DNA of 64,000 nt from Candidatus Saccharimonadota bacterium (GCA_016178135.1 JACOTW010000003.1:472-64471), one strand, 5' to 3'. Counted from the first letter of the stretch, positions 27,368-37,481 are shown. Notes: generated from the sequence alone by a model not told the origin. Program-made: numbers and translations.

Positions 27368-28298
27368 GGTATGATCGTTTGGCGAGTTCCAATTGGTCTT
27401 CGGCAAGAATTCGGTTGGTTCTGGTGAGATCTGCCAAGACTCCTAGTACAAATGCCAAAAAAGCCCCAATCAATAATATGGCACCAAGAACTAATGATTG
27501 CAGATGGCTACCTGGTCGACTATCAATCATAAACCATACGTAACGAATGAATGGAATAAGTCCCAGGGCTAACAGTGTGCCACCTAGACTAAGGAACACT
27601 GCATACGGCCTATACATTGTGTAGGCTCGAATGATTGCCATCGCGGACTGAAAGACGTGCTCCCGCGTAGACTTAAACAGACGTGATTCGCGAGTTTTCG
27701 GATTGGTCGTAATAGGTATGGAGGTGATTGCCAGCTGTTTATTGCCGGCTTGAATTATGGTCTCCATGCAGTAGCTGAATCTTGTTATGGTGTTGAGTTT
27801 TATAATTGCTTCGCGTGAATATGCTCTAAAGCCGCTGGCAGCATCGGGTATGTCAGTTCCGGCAGCAATGTTGACGATTCGACTCCCCAGTTTTTGTAAG
27901 ATTTTTTTAAAAGGCGAAAAATGTGCAATGCGATCTGTTTGGCGATTTGCTACGACGATATCTGCTCGTCCTTCGATAATTGGTTGTATAAGGTTTCCGA
28001 TTTCGCCACTTGGGTATTGGTTGTCCCCATCGGTGTTAACCACGATATCTGCGCCCATTTCCAAGGCTTTTAGAACGCCATCGTGAAATGATTGTCCAAG
28101 TCCCATATTGCGCGTGTGCCGTACAAAGTGGTTGATGCCTAGTTGCCGAGCAACCTTGATGGTGTCATCAGTTGAGCCGTCATCAATAATCAATATTTCA
28201 ATTGTATCAATTCCTGCGATTTTTTTAGGTATGTCGTGCAGAACAAGCGACAGTGTTTTTGCCTCATTAAGACAGGGAATTTGAATAACTAATTTCAT
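27354..28298 (-). CDS. GT2 family (polyprenol-phosphate) glycosyltransferase
   Basis: IPCLNEA, IIDDGSTDDT, VNTDGDNQY, DAASGFRAYS, two C-terminal TM helices. Confidence 0.92.
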   Translation of the reverse strand: MKLVIQIPCLNEAKTLSLVLHDIPKKIAGIDTIEILIIDDGSTDDTIKVARQLGINHFVRHTRNMGLGQSFHDGVLKALEMGADIVVNTDGDNQYPSGEIGNLIQPIIEGRADIVVANRQTDRIAHFSPFKKILQKLGSRIVNIAAGTDIPDAASGFRAYSREAIIKLNTITRFSYCMETIIQAGNKQLAITSIPITTNPKTRESRLFKSTREHVFQSAMAIIRAYTMYRPYAVFLSLGGTLLALGLIPFIRYVWFMIDSRPGSHLQSLVLGAILLIGAFLAFVLGVLADLTRTNRILAEDQLELAKRSYLKNQ

Positions 28299-28335
28299 TT
28301 ATAACTTTCTTTGGAGTGATGTACTCGATCTGGTT

Positions 28336-28409
28336 TGGCTTCGGGACTAGGATTCGAACCTAGATTGCTGGGACCAGAACCCAGTGTCCTACCGTTAGAC
28401 GATCCCGAA
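28336..28409 (-). tRNA. tRNA-Gln(CUG)
   Basis: Reverse complement TTCGGGATCGTCTAACGGTAGGACACTGGGTTCTGGTCCCAGCAATCTAGGTTCGAATCCTAGTCCCGAAGCCA folds as a cloverleaf with encoded CCA. Confidence 0.95.
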
Positions 28410-28464
28410 TGATTCATTCGACCTAAAAACTCCTCCATACCTAGACCGAATCCCATCGGTTATA

Positions 28465-28623
28465 CCGGACTGACGAAAAACTCCCCCATCCCCAGACCAA
28501 CTAATCTCGGCTGATAGCGGTCTGTCTTCTCTCGATGTAGCTAAGGCTACCTCTCCTTCAGTCAAACCACTCCCAACTCGAGCTGATTTGCCCTGGGAAC
28601 GGGCGATTTTGCGACAGGTCCAG
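28465..28623. repeat. Family A element (159 bp, TATA duplication) nested in an older decayed A copy (about 28417-28670)
   Basis: TATA on both flanks; outer sequence TTCGAC..AAAACTCCTCCATACCTAGACCGAATCCCATCGGT|TATA|AACAATTT..GTCGAA resembles A. Confidence 0.9.
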
Positions 28624-28686
28624 TATAAACAATTTATCTTACATGGAAACTATTATTCCCCATTGTCGAAGATTTTAACAGATTAG

Positions 28687-29865
28687 CTAAAACAAGTCTA
28701 AGCCGTTTATTTCTGGGGGTAAAAAACCTTCGGGGTGTTTGAAGCCGGCTTTCCATTTAGTACCTTTGCCATAGCCCAGATCTTTCATGAGTTGGGTAGG
28801 TGCGTTGCGGAGATGAATTGGTACAGGAAGGTTGGGGTAATTTTTGGCGGTCTCTATGGCTTTATACATGGCGTTAGCTACGGCTCGTGACTTTTCACAT
28901 TTAGCAAGTACGGTAGCGCAGTGAAACAGATTGAATTGACATTCCGGCAAGCCAGTGCGTTCGACTGCCAAAAAAGTTGAAACAGCCAGATTCAAGGCTG
29001 CCGGTGCGGCAATACCGATGTCTTCGCTGGCGAAAATTACCATGCGTCTAGCGATAAATTTTGGATCTTCACCAGCTTGTATCATTCGTGCCATGTAGTA
29101 AAGGGCGGCATTAGGGTCATTGCCACGCAATGATTTTATAAAGGCACTGATTATGTTGTAGTGATTTTCTCCTTGCTTGTCATAGTCTGGAGCGCGCTTC
29201 TGAGCGGCCATAACTACTACTTCTGGTGTAATTGTGCCGTTGGTTAAACTTAATGCTAGCTCCAGATTGCCTAGGGCAATGCGGGCATCGCCACCCGATA
29301 GCTCGGCTATTAGATCAATACTGCGAATGGGTAAGCGTTTGGCAGTGATTTTTTCTGTCTTGGTGGCTTGTTTGATGATTTTAATAATTTCGGTTTTATC
29401 CAGAGGGTTTAATACTAGTACGCGCGAGCGACTAAGTAATGGTGCGATAACCTCGAAGCTGGGATTTTCAGTTGTTGCACCGATTAGTATTATGGTACCA
29501 GTTTCTACATGGGGTAAAAAGGCATCTTGTTGGGTTTTGTTGAAGCGATGAATCTCATCTACGAATAAAATAGTGCGTATACCCAGCCGCTGATTTTGTT
29601 GAGCACGATCAATAACCTTTGTTATGTCAGCTTTGCCGGAGGTTACGGCACTAAGTTCGGTGAATTCGACATCCAGCTCATTGGCCAGTATGCGAGCCAG
29701 GGTGGTTTTGCCAGAGCCAGGCGGTCCCCAGAGAATCAGGCTTGCGGGCTTATTTTTGGTAATAATTTCATGAACTATAGCCCCAGGAGCCAATAAGTGC
29801 TCCTGGCCGACCATCTGCTTTAATTTATCCGGCCGCATTCGTTCGGCCAACGGTCTTCTGTCCAC
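28687..29865 (-). CDS. rarA: Replication-associated recombination protein A
   Basis: PLAERMRP, WGPPGSGKTT, DEIHRFNK, GATTENPSF, ASEDIG. Confidence 0.95.
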   Translation of the reverse strand: MDRRPLAERMRPDKLKQMVGQEHLLAPGAIVHEIITKNKPASLILWGPPGSGKTTLARILANELDVEFTELSAVTSGKADITKVIDRAQQNQRLGIRTILFVDEIHRFNKTQQDAFLPHVETGTIILIGATTENPSFEVIAPLLSRSRVLVLNPLDKTEIIKIIKQATKTEKITAKRLPIRSIDLIAELSGGDARIALGNLELALSLTNGTITPEVVVMAAQKRAPDYDKQGENHYNIISAFIKSLRGNDPNAALYYMARMIQAGEDPKFIARRMVIFASEDIGIAAPAALNLAVSTFLAVERTGLPECQFNLFHCATVLAKCEKSRAVANAMYKAIETAKNYPNLPVPIHLRNAPTQLMKDLGYGKGTKWKAGFKHPEGFLPPEINGLDLF

Positions 29866-29908
29866 CCTAACAGTATACCGGTTTTACTTAATACAACTAA
29901 AGTCCTGT

Positions 29909-30121
29909 CTACTCACCACCTTTTTGGACATAACCCTTCACAAACTCTTCAGCATTTTCTTCTAGTACTTCATCAATCTCATCCAGTAAACCGTCAAGTT
30001 CTTCTTTAATACCGGCACCCTTTGTGGCTGTTTCACCAACGCTATGCACTTGGTCTTCATTGGTTTCCTCTTCTCTACGGCGCTCTGGTGTTGGTACTCG
30101 TTTTTGTATACGTTCTGCCAT
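29909..30121 (-). CDS. pup: Prokaryotic ubiquitin-like protein Pup
   Basis: 70 aa, C-terminus LLDEIDEVLEENAEEFVKGYVQKGGE; AGGGAGG SD upstream. Confidence 0.9.
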   Translation of the reverse strand: MAERIQKRVPTPERRREEETNEDQVHSVGETATKGAGIKEELDGLLDEIDEVLEENAEEFVKGYVQKGGE

Positions 30122-30248
30122 AGTTTGAGCCTCCCTTATGTTTATGAATCCAAAACCAGTATAACACCAGTTTCACACTTTTTCATTTGCCCGCGATTGG
30201 CAACGCGCATGTATAATACATAATATATATAAAAAAAAGGGGGGACAT

Positions 30249-30881
30249 GTGGCTGACCTAAAAGTAACCAAAACAGGAGTTAATTCAAAAATGATACAAA
30301 TTGGTAGCAAGAAATTGATGCTGGCATCACTAGTATTAATCTTGACTATAGCGATTGGTGGTGGTGCCTACTGGTGGCGTGATAAACAGGCCAAAGACGA
30401 TCGAGCTAAAAATGATAATGAAATTGTACAATTGCGACAAAAAGTGGCCAACCTAGAAAAACAACTAATTGATTCTAAGGCTAAATTGGCTACGGAGAAG
30501 CCAGTCGTTACAAATACAGCCCTTAATCAGGCCATGATAGACAATGTCAAAGCCGTTTTTGCTACCGGTAACACGCAGCCACTGGAGGGTTACATGACCG
30601 CCAAAGTAACGGTTATTATTGCTGCTTCAGAGGGTTTGGGTGAGCGTACTGCAGCGCAAGCGACCGCCGACATCACGTCCTATGTAGGTGGTGCCACTGA
30701 TGCTTGGAATTTTTCATTGCCGACAGCTACTATTAACGCCTACAAGAGTGGTGATTACGGCCAGTATTTTCCAGATGGTGCGTTGGTAGGTAAGTCAAAC
30801 AACATGGTTATTTCGTTTACGTTTAACGATGTGGGTAAAATTAGTACGGTTTTTATGACTAATAGTGCGCAACTTCTTTAA
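30249..30881 (+). CDS. Membrane-anchored exported hypothetical protein
   Basis: N-terminal TM helix, coiled coil, globular C-terminus. Confidence 0.65.
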   Translation: MADLKVTKTGVNSKMIQIGSKKLMLASLVLILTIAIGGGAYWWRDKQAKDDRAKNDNEIVQLRQKVANLEKQLIDSKAKLATEKPVVTNTALNQAMIDNVKAVFATGNTQPLEGYMTAKVTVIIAASEGLGERTAAQATADITSYVGGATDAWNFSLPTATINAYKSGDYGQYFPDGALVGKSNNMVISFTFNDVGKISTVFMTNSAQLL

Positions 30882-31259
30882 ATGATAAATATTGATGACC
30901 GGCAGTTTGAAGAATTCATAAATCAGGCAATGGACGAGTTGCCACGACAGTATATAGAGAAGCTGGACAATGTTGCTATTATTTATGAAGATGAGCCCAC
31001 TACTGAACAGCGACAGAAATTGCGTTTACGTTGTGATCAGGATTTATACGGCTTGTATGAAGGTATCCCCCTGACCAGACGTGGCGTTGGCTATAATCTG
31101 GTACTGCCAGATAAGATCACAATCTTCAAAAAAGCCATCTTGATGAGTGCCCATGACTTGCATCAGGTCAAAGCCCAAGTTAAACATACGTTGTGGCATG
31201 AAATCGCCCATTATTATGGTCTGGATCATGCTAGAATTCATTATTTGGAGCAAAAGTGA
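30882..31259 (+). CDS. Zincin-like metallopeptidase family protein
   Basis: LYGLYEGIPLT, PDKITIF, HEIAHYYG. Confidence 0.88.
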   Translation: MINIDDRQFEEFINQAMDELPRQYIEKLDNVAIIYEDEPTTEQRQKLRLRCDQDLYGLYEGIPLTRRGVGYNLVLPDKITIFKKAILMSAHDLHQVKAQVKHTLWHEIAHYYGLDHARIHYLEQK

Positions 31260-31346
31260 TGGAGCAAAAGTGACACAAATCCTTAATTTGCTCATATAGC
31301 CATTCATCATGGAAACTTTTGTACTTTATAATAATTAGCGAGTAAA

Positions 31347-31456
31347 CTGGATTTGTCGCAAAATCGCTTGTTCCCAGAGCGAAAGTTCTATTTTATCTGA
31401 AGGTACATCGACCTGTTTGTCAGTTTGGGGATGATGGAATTTTGCGACAGGTCCAG
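31347..31456. repeat. Internally deleted family A element (110 bp)
   Basis: CTGGATTTGTCGCAAAATC...ATTTTGCGACAGGTCCAG; flanks TAAA/TACA. Confidence 0.85.
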
Positions 31457-31489
31457 TACAATGTTCACAGTAATAGAAAGGCCTTCAAA

Positions 31490-32251
31490 TTGGCAGATTA
31501 CAGACATGTTATTTTCTTTTCACTAGTTGGCGGAGTTTTTTCGTTAATCGGTGGAATTATATTATTGAGCAAAGAAAAATACGCCCAAGCATTAGCAAAA
31601 TACGCTACGCCGTTTGCGGCGGGGGCGTTATTGGCAGCTGTATTTTTGGATCTTATCAAAGAAGGTTTACAGGAATCCAATGCCAATACGGTGCTGACTT
31701 CGGCGTTGATTGGAATAGTAGTATTCTTTTTTGCGGAGCGGTTTTTGCATTGGTTTCACCACCATCATCAGCACGATGGCGCACCCGATGCCAGCGTTTC
31801 TTTGATAATTATTGGCGATACACTTCATAATGCGCTAGATGGGATAGCTATCGCGGCGGCATTTTTGGTCAGTATCCCAACTGGAATTGTTACGACATTT
31901 GCGGTGGCGGCCCATGAAATACCGCAGGAAATTGGTGATTTTGGCTTGTTATTACACAAGGGGCTGTCCCGAAAACGAGTGCTACTTGTCAATGTCTTGA
32001 GTGCCTTAGCAACTACCATGGCTGCCGTGCTGACGTTTTGGCTGGGCAGTGCTGACAGATTGCCGATAGGTGTTCTATTGGGACTGAGCGCCGGTCTATT
32101 GCTATACATTGCCATGAGCGATATTATCCCTGAAATCCATGAGCGATCAGACAACCAAAGACTGTTCGAGTGGCAACCGATTTTGCTCATGATTGGGGCA
32201 CTGGTTGTGGCCGTTTGCATCAATTTGGCACAACGATTTATTTCTGGATAG
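31490..32251 (+). CDS. ZIP family metal transporter
   Basis: HWFHHHHQH loop, GDTLHNALDG, HEIPQEIGDFG; start placed at TTG. Confidence 0.9.
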   Translation: MADYRHVIFFSLVGGVFSLIGGIILLSKEKYAQALAKYATPFAAGALLAAVFLDLIKEGLQESNANTVLTSALIGIVVFFFAERFLHWFHHHHQHDGAPDASVSLIIIGDTLHNALDGIAIAAAFLVSIPTGIVTTFAVAAHEIPQEIGDFGLLLHKGLSRKRVLLVNVLSALATTMAAVLTFWLGSADRLPIGVLLGLSAGLLLYIAMSDIIPEIHERSDNQRLFEWQPILLMIGALVVAVCINLAQRFISG

Positions 32252-32266
32252 AGTACAATATTGTAG

Positions 32267-33343
32267 ATGATTGTAGTGGTTATTATTTTGGGGGTTTTGA
32301 ATGTGGGGTTATTGCTGTTTTTGATTGCTAAAAAGTCAAATGCTTCTGAAAGTGGTTCGGCGCAAATGCTCAAGGCTGATCTGACAGAGCTCAATAAAGG
32401 AGTTTTGGAATTAAAGGATTCTCTGAACGATAAAATTAGCGACAAGTTGGATAAAAGCCAAAAGCACATTAGTGATAGTATCCAGCGCCAGTTCGAACAA
32501 TCGGCCAAAATTATCACCGATATATCCGGTCGTTTGACTAAACTGGACGAGACAAACAAGCGGGTTGTAGATGTGGCGGATGAGCTAAAGAGCCTCCAAA
32601 ATGTGCTTCAAAATCCCAAACAGCGAGGAGTTTTGGGGGAGTTTTATCTAAAGCAAATACTCGAAAATATGTTACCGCCGGGGACTTTCGAATTGCAATA
32701 TCGCTTGGCGGAAGGGCTGGTGGTGGATGCCGTGATCAAGCTAGATGATAAGTTTTTGCCGATAGACAGCAAGTTTTCATTGGAAAATTACAACCGTTTA
32801 GTAGAAGCTAAGCCCGCCGAGCGTCCAGCGCTGGAAAAATTATTCAAAGAAGATCTCAAAAAACGTATTGATGAAACCGCCAAATATATTTTGCCCAAAA
32901 AAGGCACGCTGGAACAGGCGTTGATGTTTATCCCTAGCGAGGCAATTTATTATGATTTGTTGGCCAATAAGGTTGGAGTAGGTGGCGTGAACGGCCGGGA
33001 TTTGATGCATTATGCCGCCGTAGACAAGCGCGTAACGGTGGTTGGCCCGAGTACGTTATCCGCCATGTTGCAGATTGTTTCCCAGGGATTAAATAGTCTG
33101 GAAATTCAAAAAGACACCGAGCTCATCCGCAATAACGTCGAGCAATTGGGCAAACACCTTAAAAATGTCGACGGCTATTTTATCAGACTAGGCAATTCAC
33201 TCGGCGCGACTGTCGGGCATTTCAATAGCGCCCATAAAGAACTAGGCAAAGTCGATAAAGACGTGATAAAGATCAGTGGTGGCACAACACAAGTCGAACC
33301 CATTTTACTTGACCGACCAACTGTCGGGGAGGACATAGACTGA
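32267..33343 (+). CDS. rmuC: DNA recombination protein RmuC
   Basis: PKQRGVLGE, PIDSKFS, LMFIPSEAIY. Confidence 0.92.
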   Translation: MIVVVIILGVLNVGLLLFLIAKKSNASESGSAQMLKADLTELNKGVLELKDSLNDKISDKLDKSQKHISDSIQRQFEQSAKIITDISGRLTKLDETNKRVVDVADELKSLQNVLQNPKQRGVLGEFYLKQILENMLPPGTFELQYRLAEGLVVDAVIKLDDKFLPIDSKFSLENYNRLVEAKPAERPALEKLFKEDLKKRIDETAKYILPKKGTLEQALMFIPSEAIYYDLLANKVGVGGVNGRDLMHYAAVDKRVTVVGPSTLSAMLQIVSQGLNSLEIQKDTELIRNNVEQLGKHLKNVDGYFIRLGNSLGATVGHFNSAHKELGKVDKDVIKISGGTTQVEPILLDRPTVGEDID

Positions 33344-33933
33344 TGAAAAACTGGACTATTGAAAAAGCATATCCGTACGTATTGCTCGTCACTGGGTTTT
33401 TGGGGCTAGTTGCTTCATTCATCCTGACCTATGACAAAATCATGATCCTGAAAGACCCTAATTTCATCCCTGACTGCAATATTAATCCAATTTTCAGCTG
33501 TGGTTCGGTCATGAGCAAGCCACAAGCTGAAGTATTCGGCATGCCCAACACGCTATTTGGGATAATCGCATTTAGCGTAATTGTAACCATAGCGGTCGCA
33601 ATGTTGTTCGGCGCAAAGTTTAAGCCGCTATTTTGGAAACTGCTTTTCGCTGGAACTTTGGCGGGGCTTGCTGGCGTTATCTATCTATTTTTCCAGGGGA
33701 TATACCGTATAAATGCCATTTGTCCTTATTGCGCTATGACCTGGGTCGTGGTCGTGGCGTTAGTCGTTTATACGTTTGTCTGGAATATAAAGCAAAAATA
33801 CATGACAGTGCCAAAAACTTTTGAGCAGTCGGCCAAGTTTGTTGTCCAAAACCACATCGGTGTCCTTGTGGTTATATATCTAATAATTCTTGGTTTAGTA
33901 TTGCAGCATTTTTGGTGGTATTTTGGTAGCTAG
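33343..33933 (+). CDS. Vitamin K epoxide reductase family protein
   Basis: CNINPIFSCGSV, FGMPN, ICPYC. Confidence 0.92.
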   Translation: MKNWTIEKAYPYVLLVTGFLGLVASFILTYDKIMILKDPNFIPDCNINPIFSCGSVMSKPQAEVFGMPNTLFGIIAFSVIVTIAVAMLFGAKFKPLFWKLLFAGTLAGLAGVIYLFFQGIYRINAICPYCAMTWVVVVALVVYTFVWNIKQKYMTVPKTFEQSAKFVVQNHIGVLVVIYLIILGLVLQHFWWYFGS

Positions 33934-35270
33934 CCTTTGGTGCGCAATAGGTCAATTGCCAGGGCGGCGGTCCAGGAGAAGTTTTGAACGCCATCAGCAG
34001 TACCGGTTAGAGGATCAAAGTATTCGCTAAAACCCGATTTGGCCACTAGCTCAATGGTAGATTCTTGTAAGGCGGCAGCGTGATCTTTGAACCCCATACG
34101 GTTTAAGCCATCAATAATAAGCCAGTTGGTATTAATCCATGTCGGTCCCTGCCAGTAGGCCCCAGAATTAAACCAGGTAGAATTTATGGGTACACTTGGC
34201 ACCGGAAAGGCGGGTCCAAACAGATGTTGATTTTCTAACATTTTAACAAGGGTGTTGGCGCGTTCCTGGCTGATAGTACCTGCATACAAAGGTATTAACG
34301 CAGCTATACTGGGCTCTTTTAGCATTGTGTGCGTAACAAAATTTCGTGAATAATACTGGCTACTGTACGGATCCCATAGCTGTTCCAGGGCGGCTTCTGT
34401 TTTTTGCATTGAATCTAATAATTCATGAGGTAAATCAAATCGTATAGTTTTAGCCATATGCACTAAATGCTGGTTGGCCCTAATGAAAATACAGTTGAAA
34501 GTTAGATCTTCTATAGCGAATAAAGAGTGAGTTAGGACACGGCTAATATCGTAACGTTTACGTCTAAGTCGTCGTTGTGTGCTGTATAGGGCTAGTGCGT
34601 CTATTGTGTCCAGTCGTTGTTCGGCTGGTACATAATGAGTATCGCGCCGGAACATAGTTATCAAGAATTCGAGATGTAATTTCTTTATCAGAGTAATCCA
34701 GCCCGCCATTTGATGGTCATGCAGTTCGCTCATCCATGGTGGTGTATTATCAAGACCGGTTTCCCATGGGTGGATTTGTAATGCCAGACCTTCATTATGC
34801 GGATCGCGCTCTTTATACAGCCACTGGTGATGCTTGATCAGTGCTGGTAACACAGTCCTATACCAAGTACGTCGTTCTGGTAGGCTTAGTTTTTTACCGA
34901 TTTGTACAGCTGCTTCTGCTAAAACTGGTGGCTGGGTGATACCACTAGTATTGACGTCATCTGGTGAATATGGACTTAGCCAGCCACGCCAGATATTTTT
35001 GTCTCGAGCATGAACTTGATCGCTCAAAATATTATGCGGGATCATTCCGTTGCTCCATTGGCCACGTAACAGGCTTAATAACTCGGTTTTTGCTCGTTCA
35101 ACATCTAAATGACGTAATCCTATAGCTACAAAACAACTATCCCATAACCATTGATGAGGATAAAGGCCTTTGGCAGGTACAGTATAAGAACCCTGATCGT
35201 TCATTTCCAGTACTGTTTTAGCGGCTTCCAAGATAGTAGTTGATTTGGTATCCGACGATTGGTTTTTCAT
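33930..35270 (-). CDS. GH63-like (mannosyl/glucosylglycerate hydrolase-type) glycoside hydrolase
   Basis: LYPHQWLWDSCF, HPWETGLDN, YWQGPTW, FSEYFDP, FSWTAA. Confidence 0.85.
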   Translation of the reverse strand: MKNQSSDTKSTTILEAAKTVLEMNDQGSYTVPAKGLYPHQWLWDSCFVAIGLRHLDVERAKTELLSLLRGQWSNGMIPHNILSDQVHARDKNIWRGWLSPYSPDDVNTSGITQPPVLAEAAVQIGKKLSLPERRTWYRTVLPALIKHHQWLYKERDPHNEGLALQIHPWETGLDNTPPWMSELHDHQMAGWITLIKKLHLEFLITMFRRDTHYVPAEQRLDTIDALALYSTQRRLRRKRYDISRVLTHSLFAIEDLTFNCIFIRANQHLVHMAKTIRFDLPHELLDSMQKTEAALEQLWDPYSSQYYSRNFVTHTMLKEPSIAALIPLYAGTISQERANTLVKMLENQHLFGPAFPVPSVPINSTWFNSGAYWQGPTWINTNWLIIDGLNRMGFKDHAAALQESTIELVAKSGFSEYFDPLTGTADGVQNFSWTAALAIDLLRTKG

Positions 35271-35295
35271 ACTATACAGTATACCGGACTTATGT

Positions 35296-35793
35296 TTAGC
35301 GATAATTGGTAAAGCTTAATGGGAAATTAAAATCTTTGGATTTAATTAATTGCATGATGGCCTGAAGCTCATCTTTGCTGTTGCTGGTGACTCGAACAGT
35401 GTCGCCCTGAATCAAGGGTTTTGCTTTTGGAAAATTGTCGCGAAGCAAGACAGTCAGCTGTTTAGCCTTTTCCCGATCAAGTCCTTGAATAAACGGCACT
35501 TCTTTGGTAGTTTTTAGATTAGATTCGACAGATTCCTTGGATGTGTCCAAAACTTTTTGATTCTGTTCGCGAGCAGCTAGTTTCTTGCGAATAATGTCTA
35601 GGATAGCATCAATTTGCCACTCGCCGCTACCAGTTACTTTGAGTCCGCTTTTAGCATCATTAAGCCATTCAATTGCCGCAGGAGTACCCTTAAAATCATA
35701 ACGACTATCCATCTCTCGCTTAGTCTGGTCAAAGACGTTGTTCATCTCTGCTTTATCATATTCACTAACTATATCAAAAGAAAAATTCGTCAT
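35296..35793 (-). CDS. yajQ: YajQ family nucleotide-binding protein
   Basis: SFDIVSE, RYDFKG, IQGDTVRVT..KDELQ, FTNYR. Confidence 0.92.
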   Translation of the reverse strand: MTNFSFDIVSEYDKAEMNNVFDQTKREMDSRYDFKGTPAAIEWLNDAKSGLKVTGSGEWQIDAILDIIRKKLAAREQNQKVLDTSKESVESNLKTTKEVPFIQGLDREKAKQLTVLLRDNFPKAKPLIQGDTVRVTSNSKDELQAIMQLIKSKDFNFPLSFTNYR

Positions 35794-35796
35794 AGT

Positions 35797-36258
35797 TTAG
35801 GATAATTTAAGGGGTATCCCTTCCTTCTTAGCGATTGCTTGCGCCCAATTGACAATCGCTTGAAGCTTGTTTTGCATTTCGCGGAGTTCTATTTCGGTAA
35901 TATTCGGCAGTCTTTTTTCAATTTCTAGCAATCGGTCTAAAATTTCTTTGATATCATTGGTTTGGGCTTTTTGTTCGTTAGCTATATGGTCTACGGTTAT
36001 CTTCAGTTTGGTATACTGCCTCTCCAATCCGGCAATACGATTTACTAAACTGCCAACATTACCCTCTATATTTCCCATTCTAGTTTCCAACCCATCCATC
36101 CGACCATCCAACCCATCCATCCGATCTTCAAGTTTGCCCATGCGATTATCTAAACGGATAAAACCATCACTGGTCATCTGCATACTTTCTTGCAGAAGCT
36201 CCAGAATGTCATCGTTTGTTACAGGTTTTTGAGGCATAGCAACTATATTATAAGTCAT
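35797..36258 (-). CDS. Coiled-coil hypothetical protein with heptad repeats
   Basis: LDNRMGKLEDRMDGLDGRMDGLETRMGNIE; start placed outside the family B element. Confidence 0.65.
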   Translation of the reverse strand: MTYNIVAMPQKPVTNDDILELLQESMQMTSDGFIRLDNRMGKLEDRMDGLDGRMDGLETRMGNIEGNVGSLVNRIAGLERQYTKLKITVDHIANEQKAQTNDIKEILDRLLEIEKRLPNITEIELREMQNKLQAIVNWAQAIAKKEGIPLKLS

Positions 36259-36272
36259 TCGGTTGCTATATA

Positions 36273-36426
36273 GAACTTTCGCACTTTTACGTCGCAACAG
36301 ACCACAGCTGACTGACTGCAAACTGTCTGTATTCTCTCGATGTACCTACGGGTACCCTTCAAGAATCCAAACAGTTTTCGTACCAATCATCTGTACTCTG
36401 TTATCAATGCAAAAGTGCGAAAGTCC
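36273..36426. repeat. Family B element, TATA duplication, abutting the pheS -10 box
   Basis: GAACTTTCGCACTTTT / AAAAGTGCGAAAGTCC; central GTACC-TACG-GGTAC. Confidence 0.88.
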
Positions 36427-36443
36427 TATATAATACATACCAA

Positions 36444-37481
36444 ATGAGTTATCAGAATAATAAAATTACGGAAGTTGCCGAGGCACTAAAAAAACGCTTT
36501 GAGGAGCTTCAGATAAAATCTGACATCTTAAAAGCTATTGAGCTCAAAGCTCTGTACGCAGAAATACCTAGTCTGGCCGCAGAAGAACGGGCGATGTTTG
36601 GTAAAGAGATCAATGACCTAAAAGCAGAGCTAGAGGACATGGTGGCAGCTCATAAAAATCAAGCAGAAGAGCTACCGTCAATTGATGTCACGGCACCATT
36701 TGACACTAATCTATCCCCAGAGAAGCGGCCAGCATTACTTGGTCCAGAGCTGGGTAGCAAACACCCCTTGATGACTGAAATGGAACTGGTTTTGGACATC
36801 TTCTATCGCATGGGCTTCAATGCTATAGAATCACGCCAGTTAGATGATGATTTTCACATGTTTGGTAGTCTAAATTTCCCAGAAGGTCATCCAGCACGCG
36901 ATGACTACGATACATTTATGACAACCGAAGGCCTGATTGCCCCCGCTCATACAAGCACTATGCAGAACCGTGTGCTCAAAAAATACATTGGAAATCTAGA
37001 AAAGGACGGCCCGATTGCTGTTATTATTCCTGGTCGAGTATTTAGGAACGAAGATCTTGATGCTCGCCACGAGCATACCTTTTATCAGCTCGAAGGTGTT
37101 TATGTAGGCAAAGGTATCCATGCCGGGAACCTAATCGCGACTCTCAAAACATTTCTGCAAGAGTATTACCAGAAAGAACTAGATGTAAAAACCCAACCGT
37201 TTTACTTTCCATTTACAGAGCCAAGTTTTGAATTTGCGCTTAGTTGTCCATTTTGTGACAAAAAAGGCTGCCATGTATGTAGCTACAGCGGCTGGATTGA
37301 GCTACTCGGCTGCGGCATGATTCACCCGAACGTGCTGAAGATGGCCGGCATCGACCCTAACACCTACACCGGATTTGCCTGGGGTTGTGGTATCGACCGA
37401 TTGGTGATGATGAAATATGACATCGAAGATATCCGGCACTTTGAGTCCGGCAAGTTAGAATTCCTGAGGCAATTCTCATGA
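36444..37481 (+). CDS. pheS: Phenylalanine--tRNA ligase alpha subunit
   Basis: HPARD, HTS, GRVFRNE, FPFTEPSFE, GFAWGCGIDRL. Confidence 0.97.
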   Translation: MSYQNNKITEVAEALKKRFEELQIKSDILKAIELKALYAEIPSLAAEERAMFGKEINDLKAELEDMVAAHKNQAEELPSIDVTAPFDTNLSPEKRPALLGPELGSKHPLMTEMELVLDIFYRMGFNAIESRQLDDDFHMFGSLNFPEGHPARDDYDTFMTTEGLIAPAHTSTMQNRVLKKYIGNLEKDGPIAVIIPGRVFRNEDLDARHEHTFYQLEGVYVGKGIHAGNLIATLKTFLQEYYQKELDVKTQPFYFPFTEPSFEFALSCPFCDKKGCHVCSYSGWIELLGCGMIHPNVLKMAGIDPNTYTGFAWGCGIDRLVMMKYDIEDIRHFESGKLEFLRQFS

